Positions 1-8,672 of a DNA stretch of 43,530 nucleotides are shown here, one piece after another. The stretch's first letter is position 1. Each line of letters opens with the position of its first letter. The notes beneath the pieces were generated by a model. It had not been told where the DNA came from, ran no database searches, and saw nothing but the letters and a program-made list of their open reading frames with translations. Source of the DNA: Chlamydiota bacterium (GTDB lineage Bacteria > Chlamydiota > Chlamydiia > Chlamydiales > RGXB01). Both the position numbers and the translations under genes were made by a program. The stretch covers positions 1 to 43,530 of the forward strand of contig CANLTW010000011.1 of assembly GCA_947494155.1 (NCBI GenBank), written 5' to 3'.

Positions 1-113
1 ATTAGTCGCCTCAAACATGTACAAAAAAAAGCGCCTCTATCCCAGATAGTGTCCCCTCAATAGACTCTTTTTCTCAGCTATTAAAGAGTTTAGCTTGAGC
101 GATTCTTTTCAAC

Positions 114-728
114 CTATTTTTTTAGCCGAATACAAAGGGTCTGGCTTTCTCCCCAAAGGTCTTTATCCTCAATAGAGAAACCGTTTTCCAGGATCTCTAT
201 GGGCTCATTAAGAAGAAGGCATGCCGCCAGTCGTTTTTTCAGCTCCTCTCTAGAGATCCCCTCTAGCCTCACCACAACCTGATCCCCTCTTTGGAAACTC
301 TGTTTAGCCTCTATATACTTTTCATGCACCTCACAACGCCTTCCTATGAGAATCTTGAGCCTTTTCTCCTCTTTTCCCTGGAACCGGTGTAAAAATCTCA
401 CGATCTGCTCGGCTATAGGTTTTCCGATATCATGTTGCCCCTCACAATCCTCAATCAGCCCCTCCGATGTGCGCCTTGGCGAGTTCCATTTCGAACCCTT
501 ACATTGAAATGCGGTATCGGGTATTTGCCAGTAATCCTCACACAGAGCCTCTTTAAAAAGGTGTTCGCTATCTCCGGCAACATACCTGGGCTCCTCTAAA
601 TGGGGTTTTGAGCGAAAAAAATCGGCAGTTACCTTCTCTTTTTGGGTGGGGGAATGGGGGGTTGGAGCAGGAGTTTGAATTTGGGAGCAAGCTCCTAACA
701 AACTCATTATCATGTACTTAATTTTCAT
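114..728 (-). CDS. Lipoprotein, degenerate peptidase M15A-like chlamydial family
   Basis: Lipobox-like MSLLGAC; FQCKGS..N.PR, DC.G.H and ILIGRRCEVH resemble the chlamydial M15A-like family (VITSGHRCPxHN), from recall. Confidence 0.55.
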   Translation of the reverse strand: MKIKYMIMSLLGACSQIQTPAPTPHSPTQKEKVTADFFRSKPHLEEPRYVAGDSEHLFKEALCEDYWQIPDTAFQCKGSKWNSPRRTSEGLIEDCEGQHDIGKPIAEQIVRFLHRFQGKEEKRLKILIGRRCEVHEKYIEAKQSFQRGDQVVVRLEGISREELKKRLAACLLLNEPIEILENGFSIEDKDLWGESQTLCIRLKK

Positions 729-729
729 A

Positions 730-760
730 TTGCACGATTATAAATAAAGTATTATATAAT
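730..760 (+). promoter_or_regulatory. sigma66/70-type promoter for candidate sRNA
   Basis: TTGCAC (730-735) and TATAAT (755-760), 19-nt spacer; predicted start ~767 matches the 5' end of a closing stem. Confidence 0.5.
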
Positions 761-766
761 AGTTGT

Positions 767-888
767 GAGAGATTAATCGGGTATAAGGGGAAATTCACCC
801 ACGACGTTTCTAGGTTTGGGGACCTTAAACTCTGGGAGTAAGTACGACCGGCGACTTTGACGCCTCCTGTTTAATCTCTCTCTTTTTT
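767..888 (+). ncRNA. Candidate structured small RNA (unknown family)
   Basis: 10-bp terminal stem GAGAGATTAA(767-776)/TTAATCTCTC(871-880), internal hairpins with G-U pairs favouring the + strand, upstream promoter, downstream T-tract. Confidence 0.5.
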
Positions 889-2111
889 TAGGCAGTTATC
901 CCCTCAAGAGCCTTTTTTAACAACTCTAATAACGGCTCCAGAGAAATCGACTCTTTTCCCAAGTAAATTCTCAAGGGGCGAAGATATCCCTCTTCCACAC
1001 CTAAACGGATAAGATCAACAGGATCTTTTGCCTCTAAGATGTCGTTAAGGTACGAAAAAAGTCTTTTATGATCGAGCTCAGTCTTAGTCATTGAAAACTG
1101 TTTATCGATTGTTTCTTTCCCCTTTTTCCCTGTTTGCTTTTTTAATTCCAATCTCTTTAGATATAGGCGGCTATAAAGGTCATTTAGAGTATTTCTCCCC
1201 TTTGAAACACCTTTAAATTCTATACGCGTTGCCCCCATTTTTTGCGCCAAAACGGCACAAAAATTCGCCGTGTCGTAGCCTCCGTCAAAAAGAATATCAC
1301 TGAGACCCGCTTTTTGAGCCAAATCGCACTCTAGGGGGTATAAATCGTTTTGGCCTGCCCAAATCAGTCCCCCTTTACACATTTTCAGATATTCGGTTTG
1401 TGCTCTAAGCTGAAAAAAAGTGGGGATGGCGTGTTCCACATATTTTTCCGGTTGGGGAAACGGATCTACAAGGGTAGCAAAATCGGGCCTAATCCCCTTT
1501 TCAAGCAGATTTTTTGTCCCAGCCCCGGCTCCTATTAGCCAATGGGTCTTATGGCTTTTTTGTAGGAACAAGACCTCTTCATCTGTCAGCGGAGCCCCTC
1601 CTACAACAAGCCAGGGTGCTTTGAAGTTCCCTTTTAGCGAGGAGATCTCGTAGAAGCTCGAAAAACTTTTCAAAGAAAAAAGGACATTCCTAAAATGGGA
1701 GATGCCCAGGTCCATTCCCTCTCTAAAAAGGGCCTCGAATCGGATCACCTGCTCCACAAAATCTCTAAACAAAGGGGAAGAATTGTTTGTAAACACCTCA
1801 AACGTCTTTCCCCCTACAAATACAGGAAATCTGACTGTTGTAATAATATGGGCTTTATCATGCTCGAGAAAGGCTAAAAAAAGGGGATCGTCAAGTACAC
1901 CTTTAATTTTTTCAAGGTTATTTTCCACAAATATGACCTCTCTACCCAAAAGAAGGGGTAATGAGGAGAGCCATTCTATTCCATCAAAAAAAACTAACTC
2001 CTGATCAGAACATACAGGCTCTAAAAAATCGACTTTCTCCTTGTTTTGGCATAATCGTACAGAGAAGCTCAAAATCGGGTCTTTGTCTGTCAGTCGGTCA
2101 ACAATTTGCAC
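888..2111 (-). CDS. DUF115/MptE-like (Maf glycosyltransferase-like) protein
   Basis: LVVGGAPL...LIGAGAG..NLLEKGIRPDF...VDP, the DUF115 signature. Confidence 0.7.
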   Translation of the reverse strand: MQIVDRLTDKDPILSFSVRLCQNKEKVDFLEPVCSDQELVFFDGIEWLSSLPLLLGREVIFVENNLEKIKGVLDDPLFLAFLEHDKAHIITTVRFPVFVGGKTFEVFTNNSSPLFRDFVEQVIRFEALFREGMDLGISHFRNVLFSLKSFSSFYEISSLKGNFKAPWLVVGGAPLTDEEVLFLQKSHKTHWLIGAGAGTKNLLEKGIRPDFATLVDPFPQPEKYVEHAIPTFFQLRAQTEYLKMCKGGLIWAGQNDLYPLECDLAQKAGLSDILFDGGYDTANFCAVLAQKMGATRIEFKGVSKGRNTLNDLYSRLYLKRLELKKQTGKKGKETIDKQFSMTKTELDHKRLFSYLNDILEAKDPVDLIRLGVEEGYLRPLRIYLGKESISLEPLLELLKKALEGITA

Positions 2112-2500
2112 AGATCCTCGAAAGGTTGGAAAGCACCTAAATAGATTAAACCTTCTTTTGAAATCCTGTAAAGCCCCTCATGCTCGAGGCTTACCCACGC
2201 TAAGTACGGAGCTTGGATCCAATGATTGTAGCCGACTAATTGTTGAAAGGCTTTTTTATCCGGTTTGGCATATTTACACTCGAATAAGACTAGAGGCATC
2301 AAACGCTCTTTTTGCCAATGATAGGCTAAAAGATCGATTCTGCGGTCTTTTGGGAGCCCCTCTTTTAAACCGTCTTGGTGAAAATGGGGCAACTGATGGA
2401 TCGCCCTCTCTTTGATCAATAATCGAGAGGGGAAGTTCCATTTCAAAACAAGCCGATCTATAAGATCTTGCCTAATCCTCTCTTCAGTCAGGTTCGACAA
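2090..2500 (-). CDS. Stand-alone HsdR N-terminal (PD-(D/E)XK) domain protein
   Basis: EERIRQ, RRIDLL, LFECK, QLVGYN motifs. Confidence 0.8.
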   Translation of the reverse strand: MSNLTEERIRQDLIDRLVLKWNFPSRLLIKERAIHQLPHFHQDGLKEGLPKDRRIDLLAYHWQKERLMPLVLFECKYAKPDKKAFQQLVGYNHWIQAPYLAWVSLEHEGLYRISKEGLIYLGAFQPFEDLCKLLTD

Positions 2501-3080
2501 CCTCTGACACTCCGTATGTTCCGTTGTGACGCTTATACAAAGCTATCAAATTTAGGGATCTCTCATCTTTGAAGACCATGCAGGGTTCATCCGAGAGCTC
2601 CATCTTCATGATAGCCTCTTCCAATAAAAGCGTTTTAAGAATTTGCTTGGAATTGCGAGTTACCGGTGGAAGAAGCGCCTCTTTCATCTCTTTGAAATTT
2701 TCTGAGTCAATTTCCCGGTTGATAATTTCGGTGTCATCCTCCCAAAGAAGGTGCTGGTTTATACTCCCCGATTTTTTATGATGCTCTTTAACAAGATCAT
2801 GATACTTTTTAAATTTCGCCTCTAAAATCGAGAATGCTGCATCTATAGATGCATACAAATCTTTTGTGCTTGCCTCAGCACGGATTTTAAGATGCATCGA
2901 AGCGTACACCAGGATGGTGAATTTATGCATGTACCGCTCGATACCATACGTAAAAAAGGCCCTCTGAATGGGTATACCAAAGGAATGGTGATCGAGAACT
3001 TTTTGAAATTTATCTTCGGCGTATTGACGAATCGCGTCTGTTAGAACAAGACTGCCTCTTGCAGTGTGATGTAGGTCCAT
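2484..3080 (-). CDS. hpf: Ribosome hibernation promoting factor (long HPF)
   Basis: LTDAIRQYAEDK, DLYASIDAA; C-terminal EEAIMKMEL...YKRHNGTYG domain. Confidence 0.88.
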   Translation of the reverse strand: MDLHHTARGSLVLTDAIRQYAEDKFQKVLDHHSFGIPIQRAFFTYGIERYMHKFTILVYASMHLKIRAEASTKDLYASIDAAFSILEAKFKKYHDLVKEHHKKSGSINQHLLWEDDTEIINREIDSENFKEMKEALLPPVTRNSKQILKTLLLEEAIMKMELSDEPCMVFKDERSLNLIALYKRHNGTYGVSEVVEPD

Positions 3081-3097
3081 AGTTTAGCCCTCTTTTC

Positions 3098-4147
3098 TTA
3101 CGCTACTATAGAATTTATTTTCATACTTCTCAATCCTAAATTCCCAAGCTGCCCGCAAGCGGCCATCTCCTTCTCCCCTTTTGTGCCACGTAAATAGACT
3201 CGAAAACCGTGACTTCTAAGCCGATCAATAAAATTTTGAGTCGCCTCGATGGAGGGGGTGGTAAATCTTGCGCGCGATTGAGGATTGTAAGGGATAACAT
3301 TGATTCTCAGATCAAAAAAACCCTCGCAAAATTTCGCCAAATCATCAGCCATGGACAAAAGATCTGTCACATTTTCTAAAAGAACATATTCAAATAACAG
3401 CGTTCTTTTAGGGTGACTCTTTTGGTACTCTAAAAGAGCCTCTTTCAATGCCTCCATCGGATAGCGGCTATTGACGGGCATCACTTTGGAACGGACAAGA
3501 TTGCTCGAGCCGTTGATAGAGACTGCAAGCTTAACTCTAGGGTCTACCTCTTGAGTAAATTTCTTCAAAACATCCACAAGCCCACTTGTGGAGACGGTGA
3601 TTCTTGAAGGGCCTAAGCCGAATCCAAACGGGTCGATAAAAATAGCAATGGCCTGCTTCAGAGCCGCATAGTTATCAAAAGGCTCCCCCATCCCCATAAA
3701 AACCAAATTGCGTACAGCAACTTTTCTTACGACTTTGGCGTAATAGAGCTGCAAAACGATCTCTTTTACAGTTAAGTTCCGTATTAGACCCAGCCTGCCC
3801 GTTTCACAAAAAGCGCAACCCATCGCACAACCTACCTGAGAAGACAGGCAAAGGGTGGTACCAAAATCCATTTTGATCTCGACACTTTCGGTTTGCAACT
3901 TGTCAGGAAACGTTTGCAACCATTTGGATCCTTTTTGTTCAAAAGCGGACGGGATAGAAAAATCGGTGATCTCAAGGATTTTCAAAAGGAGCGGTTTCGC
4001 TGTGGGAAGAATCTCGCTTTCCAAGGGGTGTCTCCCCTCTTTGAACCAAAGGCTATATACTAGAGCAGCAAGATCTCTCCCTTTGTCCAGCTCTTTAAAA
4101 ATAGCCTCAAGGTACTCTTTTTGGGTAAGACTGTAGATATCTATCAT
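3098..4147 (-). CDS. rlmN: 23S rRNA m2A2503/tRNA A37 methyltransferase RlmN
   Basis: LCLSSQVGCAMGCAFC radical SAM motif, MGMGEP, AACGQL; start set at ATG 4147 because the longer ORF runs into the tRNA. Confidence 0.95.
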   Translation of the reverse strand: MIDIYSLTQKEYLEAIFKELDKGRDLAALVYSLWFKEGRHPLESEILPTAKPLLLKILEITDFSIPSAFEQKGSKWLQTFPDKLQTESVEIKMDFGTTLCLSSQVGCAMGCAFCETGRLGLIRNLTVKEIVLQLYYAKVVRKVAVRNLVFMGMGEPFDNYAALKQAIAIFIDPFGFGLGPSRITVSTSGLVDVLKKFTQEVDPRVKLAVSINGSSNLVRSKVMPVNSRYPMEALKEALLEYQKSHPKRTLLFEYVLLENVTDLLSMADDLAKFCEGFFDLRINVIPYNPQSRARFTTPSIEATQNFIDRLRSHGFRVYLRGTKGEKEMAACGQLGNLGLRSMKINSIVA

Positions 4148-4158
4148 AAAAAAACGAT

Positions 4159-4232
4159 TGCACCGGGAGGGACTTGAACCCCCAACCACCTGGTTCGAAG
4201 CCAGGTACTCTATCCGGTTGAGCTACCGGTGC
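4159..4232 (-). tRNA. tRNA-Arg(TCG)
   Basis: Cloverleaf GCACCGG...CCGGTGCA; anticodon arm CCTGG-CTTCGAA-CCAGG; no encoded CCA. Confidence 0.96.
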
Positions 4233-4428
4233 ACAGGTAATGGATTAAAACGCCCCTTTTCTCAAGCTAAGAAAAGCTCGACAAAAGGAATTTTTTGTTT
4301 AATAGGGCCTAATTTTAACTTTTATTAAACCTTAAAGTCAAATGATTCCACCATGAGAACCCACATCAGCTATCTATTCGTAAAATTTTCTCATGGGAAC
4401 CTAACTCGAAAATCGGTAAAATAGATCG

Positions 4429-4989
4429 ATGACGATACAGACTAAAGGGGTAGTCCTCAAAGGGATTCGCTACAACGACACGCAAGAGATCCACACTTTA
4501 TTTACCGAGGAGCTTGGGCTCATCTCCTTGATCACAAAATCCAAAAAAAAGGAGAACCTCCCCCCCCTGTATGAGGGTGAGTTCGTAGTGAAAAAAGGTA
4601 AAAATTTTTTCCAACTTCTTGAAGCAAAACAGACGGCGTTCCACCACAAAATCCGTGAAAGCCTCGACACCATCGAAACCGCGTTTAAACTCATACACAT
4701 TCTTTTAAAAAGTCAAATGCCCCTTAAGGCGTCACCAGCCCTGTATGCACTCTTCAGCACTTTTTTAAAACAGCTCCCTAACGTAAAAAACCAAGGGACC
4801 CTTAAGGCCGTTTTTACCGCAAAATTACTCTTTCATGAGGGGCATTTGGATCCGGATCAACCCCTTTTAGCAAAACTAGCTACCATCAGATCGTTCAAAG
4901 AAATGGATTGTTTTGTTCTGAATGAAGCAGAGAGTAAAGAGATCGATCAACACTTTGATCAGGCGTACGATTTTTCTTTTAGAGGGTAA
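4429..4989 (+). CDS. recO: DNA repair protein RecO
   Basis: TKGVVLK...LFTEELGLIS N-terminal OB fold; chlamydial synteny. Confidence 0.85.
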   Translation: MTIQTKGVVLKGIRYNDTQEIHTLFTEELGLISLITKSKKKENLPPLYEGEFVVKKGKNFFQLLEAKQTAFHHKIRESLDTIETAFKLIHILLKSQMPLKASPALYALFSTFLKQLPNVKNQGTLKAVFTAKLLFHEGHLDPDQPLLAKLATIRSFKEMDCFVLNEAESKEIDQHFDQAYDFSFRG

Positions 4990-5029
4990 GAGGGGATTTT
5001 TTATGAATAAAGGGAAAAAAACAAAGAAT

Positions 5030-5112
5030 TGCGCAGAAGAGGACTCGAACCTCCACAGGATTTCTCCCACAACCACCTCAAAGTTGCGTGTCTACCATTC
5101 CACCATCTGCGC
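5030..5112 (-). tRNA. tRNA-Leu(GAG)
   Basis: GCGCAGA...TCTGCGCA, long variable arm, anticodon loop TTGAGGT. Confidence 0.96.
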
Positions 5113-5113
5113 G

Positions 5114-5413
5114 ATGAAAAATAAAAGTATAGCACCAAGATTAATCGAAAGAGCTATTTCGGGCAATACTTTTATTGCTCTGGGGCTCATAAAGTTCTAT
5201 AAAAAGTGGTTGGATCCCCTTAAACCAAAATGGTGCAGATTTTACCCTTCGTGCTCCGATTATATGAGCGAGGCGATCCAAAAAAAGGGGTTGATCCAGG
5301 GAATGAGGATGGGGTTATTACGCCTTCTTAAGTGCCACCCTTTTCACCCTGGGGGAATCGACTTCGTCGAGGACGAGGGAATCTCCAGCTCTTTGCCGAC
5401 CGACAAAACCTGA
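5114..5413 (+). CDS. yidD: Membrane protein insertion efficiency factor YidD
   Basis: CRFYPSCSDY and RLLKCHPFHPGGID; start uncertain (ATG 5114 directly beside the tRNA). Confidence 0.85.
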   Translation: MKNKSIAPRLIERAISGNTFIALGLIKFYKKWLDPLKPKWCRFYPSCSDYMSEAIQKKGLIQGMRMGLLRLLKCHPFHPGGIDFVEDEGISSSLPTDKT

Positions 5414-6447
5414 CTTGTACCAATCTGATTGAGGGTGGCAATCTCCTCTACACTCACTCCGTAGCGACGGGCGATCTGCCAGAGAGTCTCTTTGGGTTCC
5501 ACGCGGTGGATCACCCGTTTTTTTTCAGGCTCTCTTTTTTGGATTTCCAAAACAGGGTTTTCAAAAAACTGTTTCGCCCGCTGGCGTACCTTTTCACTTC
5601 TTGAGCTTGTGATGAGATTTTTTATCCCCTCACTTACCCAAGGCTGCTCAACACCGCAGAGGTCTAAAAGCTCTAAAACCTGGTTATCGTCCAGCGAAAA
5701 CAGATCGGGCTCGACCCAAAAATAGAGTGAAGCAACATTTTTAGACCTTCTATCTAAAAGGGGTTTCAAGAAAGCTTTTAACGAACGTGTCGATTGCAAG
5801 TCTACGTCATCACATAGAAGCAATACCTGCAAAATATTTTCCGGCTCCATGACAACTGCTGATGCTTCAAAAACTCTCTCCAGCCTTTGAAACTCTGGAG
5901 TACAGAATAGGGCTTTTTTAAGGGTATCGGGCGCTTTTTCTCCCCAACGTCTGAGTTCATGGATTAAACCTTCTGTAGATAGAGGCCAAAGCTCGGTGTC
6001 GAGAAACTTTTTTACAGCAAAAAACTGCGAATCCGCTAGGCCTGCAAAAAGAGTTACCTTGATCTTTTCCCCCCCCTCATTTTCAAAAAAAATCTCCCTT
6101 TTTTGCAAATCAGAGGAGACCAAAACCTTTTCAATGGGAAAATAGTGGTACTGGGTCAAAACCCCCAGAGCCAAATCACGGCGCAAAAACCCACTCTCCA
6201 CATGCTGGGAATTCATTAGCTCAAGCTGTAGCTGCTCATGCGACATCGAAAAGAACTGCTTGAGGATCTCCCCTCCGACTCCCCGAATTTTTCGTGCATC
6301 AATAACCGGATCCACAAGACGAATCGTGGTCATAAGCTCTTTTTTTTCCCAAGCCTTTAACACCTGGGTCGAAATAAAAACGACATTGAACGTCAATGAG
6401 AGGATTAACGCGGTCAAAAGCTTGGTGGGAAAGCGGTTTTCTTCCAT
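5344..6447 (-). CDS. Membrane-anchored LysM-domain protein (CT474-like)
   Basis: N-terminal TM helix; C-terminal HRVEPKETLWQIARRYGVSVEEIATLN LysM. Confidence 0.85.
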   Translation of the reverse strand: MEENRFPTKLLTALILSLTFNVVFISTQVLKAWEKKELMTTIRLVDPVIDARKIRGVGGEILKQFFSMSHEQLQLELMNSQHVESGFLRRDLALGVLTQYHYFPIEKVLVSSDLQKREIFFENEGGEKIKVTLFAGLADSQFFAVKKFLDTELWPLSTEGLIHELRRWGEKAPDTLKKALFCTPEFQRLERVFEASAVVMEPENILQVLLLCDDVDLQSTRSLKAFLKPLLDRRSKNVASLYFWVEPDLFSLDDNQVLELLDLCGVEQPWVSEGIKNLITSSRSEKVRQRAKQFFENPVLEIQKREPEKKRVIHRVEPKETLWQIARRYGVSVEEIATLNQIGTSQVLSVGKELEIPSSSTKSIPPG

Positions 6448-6649
6448 TTTCTAATCATTACACCTTTTTTTGAAATTTAGGTTCAATCGAATTTAAAACG
6501 GGGGATTTTTTTTAAACAAAGAGCTTACGCATCCAATTTGCAACTAAAATTCAAAGGTTTGTCCTAAAGGACTTAAGGCGCGAAAATTTTTTCAAAAAGG
6601 GCTATTTCGAATTGAGTGAAAAAGGGAAAAGATTTACCCTTTTAGGGAT

Positions 6650-8617
6650 ATGAAAGTACCTTTAGACTGGCTTAAAGAATTTATAGACATCGACGATATC
6701 CCGCTACAAAATCTCAGCGATAAAATGACCCTTTGCGGTCTAGAGGTCGACAGTTTTGATGAAAATCATTTAGAGGTGAGCCAAACCCCCGACCTGGGAT
6801 ATACTCGTTCTATTCTTGGTGTTGCGCGCTTTTTGAGCCAGCTGTTAGACAGAAAGGTTCAATCGCCTAAAATGGGGGAGGTTCAGCCAATTTTAAACGC
6901 CCCTTGCTACACGATAGATACACAGGCAAAAGAGCATGTGCTTAAATACTCTCTAAAGACCCTTCATGGCATCCACAATGGCCCCTCACCCGACTGGATG
7001 CAGCACCGTCTGAAAACTGCAGGCATGGTGCCGAAAAACTTAATTGTGGACGTCACCAACTATGTCCAAATGGCTCTTGGCCAACCGATGCATGCTTTTG
7101 ATGAGGATCTCCTTTCAGGACCTCTACATATCGCTTTGCAAACCCATGCCGCTCCGTTTAAAACGTTGCTAGATACCGATGTGGAGATTCCGGCCCACGC
7201 GATTGTTATCCTTTCGCAAAAAAGGGTGGAGGCTGTCGCAGGTGTGATCGGCTCCAAATCAAGCGCTGTTACCGAGTCGACTAAAAATATTATCCTGGAA
7301 TCGGCTCAATTTCTTCCAACCTCTATCAGGCGCACAGCCAAAACCATGCGCCTATCCACCCCATCCTCTCAAAGATTCGAAAACCAGACCGATCCCGATG
7401 GCGTGGAACTGGCTTTAGAGTATGCAAGCTACCTGTTATCGACTTATGGAAAAGCCTCAGCCTCTTTTACATCGACGTCCCACAGCCAAACTTTTAAAGC
7501 CCATACCGCCCAGATCCATTTGCCTAGAGTCGAGTCCTTGCTCGGAATCAAAACCTCGATGGACGAACTTAAGAAAATTTTTATCCAGTTGGATATGAAT
7601 ATTCTTGAAGAGAGCTCGCAAAGCTTAAAAGTCGAAATACCCCCCTACCGCACCGACTTGAAAACCGAGATTGATCTCATCGAAGAGGTGATCAAAATCA
7701 TTGGCTTCGATCGCCTTCTGGAGAAACCGGCCTCCATCCCCCTAAGTGATACTCCACCGGATAGGCATGTTGCATTCAAACGGATCTTGAGAAAAAAACT
7801 CCTTGAACAGGGTTTGATGGAGATGATGACACCCTCTTTAATCAATAAAGAGCATCTCTTGAATCCTCATTCCACGATTGAAGTGAAGAACGCACTCTCC
7901 GACCGCTCTATTTTACGTACAACTCATCTTTATGGCGCTCTTGAATCGGTTTTGCATAACCAAAACCACCACTGTCATACTCTTGAAGGGTTTGAAATCG
8001 GTAACGTCTACTTTAAAGAGGGTGCCCATTTTAAAGAACTTACCCAGGTGAGCATTACTTTGGAAAACCCCGAAGCTGACTTTTTAGATCTTAAAGGGGT
8101 TTTTGAGGCTCTTTTAGACCAGCTCCATGCAGAAAAAAGTGTAGCAATACCCTCACATCTTCCCCAGTTCCACCCCCATCGCCAAGCTTTTTTAGAGGTA
8201 AGGGGTCAACAGATGGGCGTTATTGGCGAGATACATCCTCAGCTACTCAAAGATTTCGGCATCAAGCGCAAAGTCTATTTTGGGGAGCTTTCTTTGGACG
8301 CATTGATGCACATTACCCCAAAAACGTTCCACATCAGCCCGATCACCTCCTATCCGTCGATTGAGCGCGATACCACTTTTGTGCTCCTTAAATCTATCAC
8401 ATATGGTTTTATCGAGACTTTAATTCAGCAACATAGACCGAAATTACTGCAAGAATACTCCCTAAAAGGGATCTATGATCCCGATCCAGATGGAAACACA
8501 CACAACGTAACTATGCACTGGATTTACCGCTCATTCGACCGCTCGCTGACGCAAGAGGAGGTTGATAAATCGATGCACGAGTTTCTTCATAAACTAGAGC
8601 ATGAAATCAACTCTTGA
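6650..8617 (+). CDS. pheT: Phenylalanine-tRNA ligase beta subunit (lacks B2 domain)
   Basis: MKVPLDWLKEF, DVTNYV..ALGQPMHAFD, RTDLKTEIDLIEEV, C-terminal FDX-ACB (YPSIERD, RSLTQEEV). Confidence 0.95.
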   Translation: MKVPLDWLKEFIDIDDIPLQNLSDKMTLCGLEVDSFDENHLEVSQTPDLGYTRSILGVARFLSQLLDRKVQSPKMGEVQPILNAPCYTIDTQAKEHVLKYSLKTLHGIHNGPSPDWMQHRLKTAGMVPKNLIVDVTNYVQMALGQPMHAFDEDLLSGPLHIALQTHAAPFKTLLDTDVEIPAHAIVILSQKRVEAVAGVIGSKSSAVTESTKNIILESAQFLPTSIRRTAKTMRLSTPSSQRFENQTDPDGVELALEYASYLLSTYGKASASFTSTSHSQTFKAHTAQIHLPRVESLLGIKTSMDELKKIFIQLDMNILEESSQSLKVEIPPYRTDLKTEIDLIEEVIKIIGFDRLLEKPASIPLSDTPPDRHVAFKRILRKKLLEQGLMEMMTPSLINKEHLLNPHSTIEVKNALSDRSILRTTHLYGALESVLHNQNHHCHTLEGFEIGNVYFKEGAHFKELTQVSITLENPEADFLDLKGVFEALLDQLHAEKSVAIPSHLPQFHPHRQAFLEVRGQQMGVIGEIHPQLLKDFGIKRKVYFGELSLDALMHITPKTFHISPITSYPSIERDTTFVLLKSITYGFIETLIQQHRPKLLQEYSLKGIYDPDPDGNTHNVTMHWIYRSFDRSLTQEEVDKSMHEFLHKLEHEINS

Positions 8618-8672
8618 AGAAAATAAAGACTTTCAAGCATTCTTCAAACTAACTATTATGATGAGGTTTTTC

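Noticed and set aside
1..18. Start of a minus-strand gene (MFEATN...)
   Set aside because: Only six codons in the window; cannot be identified
2090..2500. Type I restriction-modification system
   Set aside because: Only the solo HsdR N-terminal domain; no helicase, hsdM or hsdS
4148..4189. N-terminal extension of RlmN in the ORF track
   Set aside because: Reads through tRNA-Arg; the real start is ATG 4147
4922..5113. N-terminal extension of YidD
   Set aside because: Overlaps the recO end and the antisense tRNA-Leu
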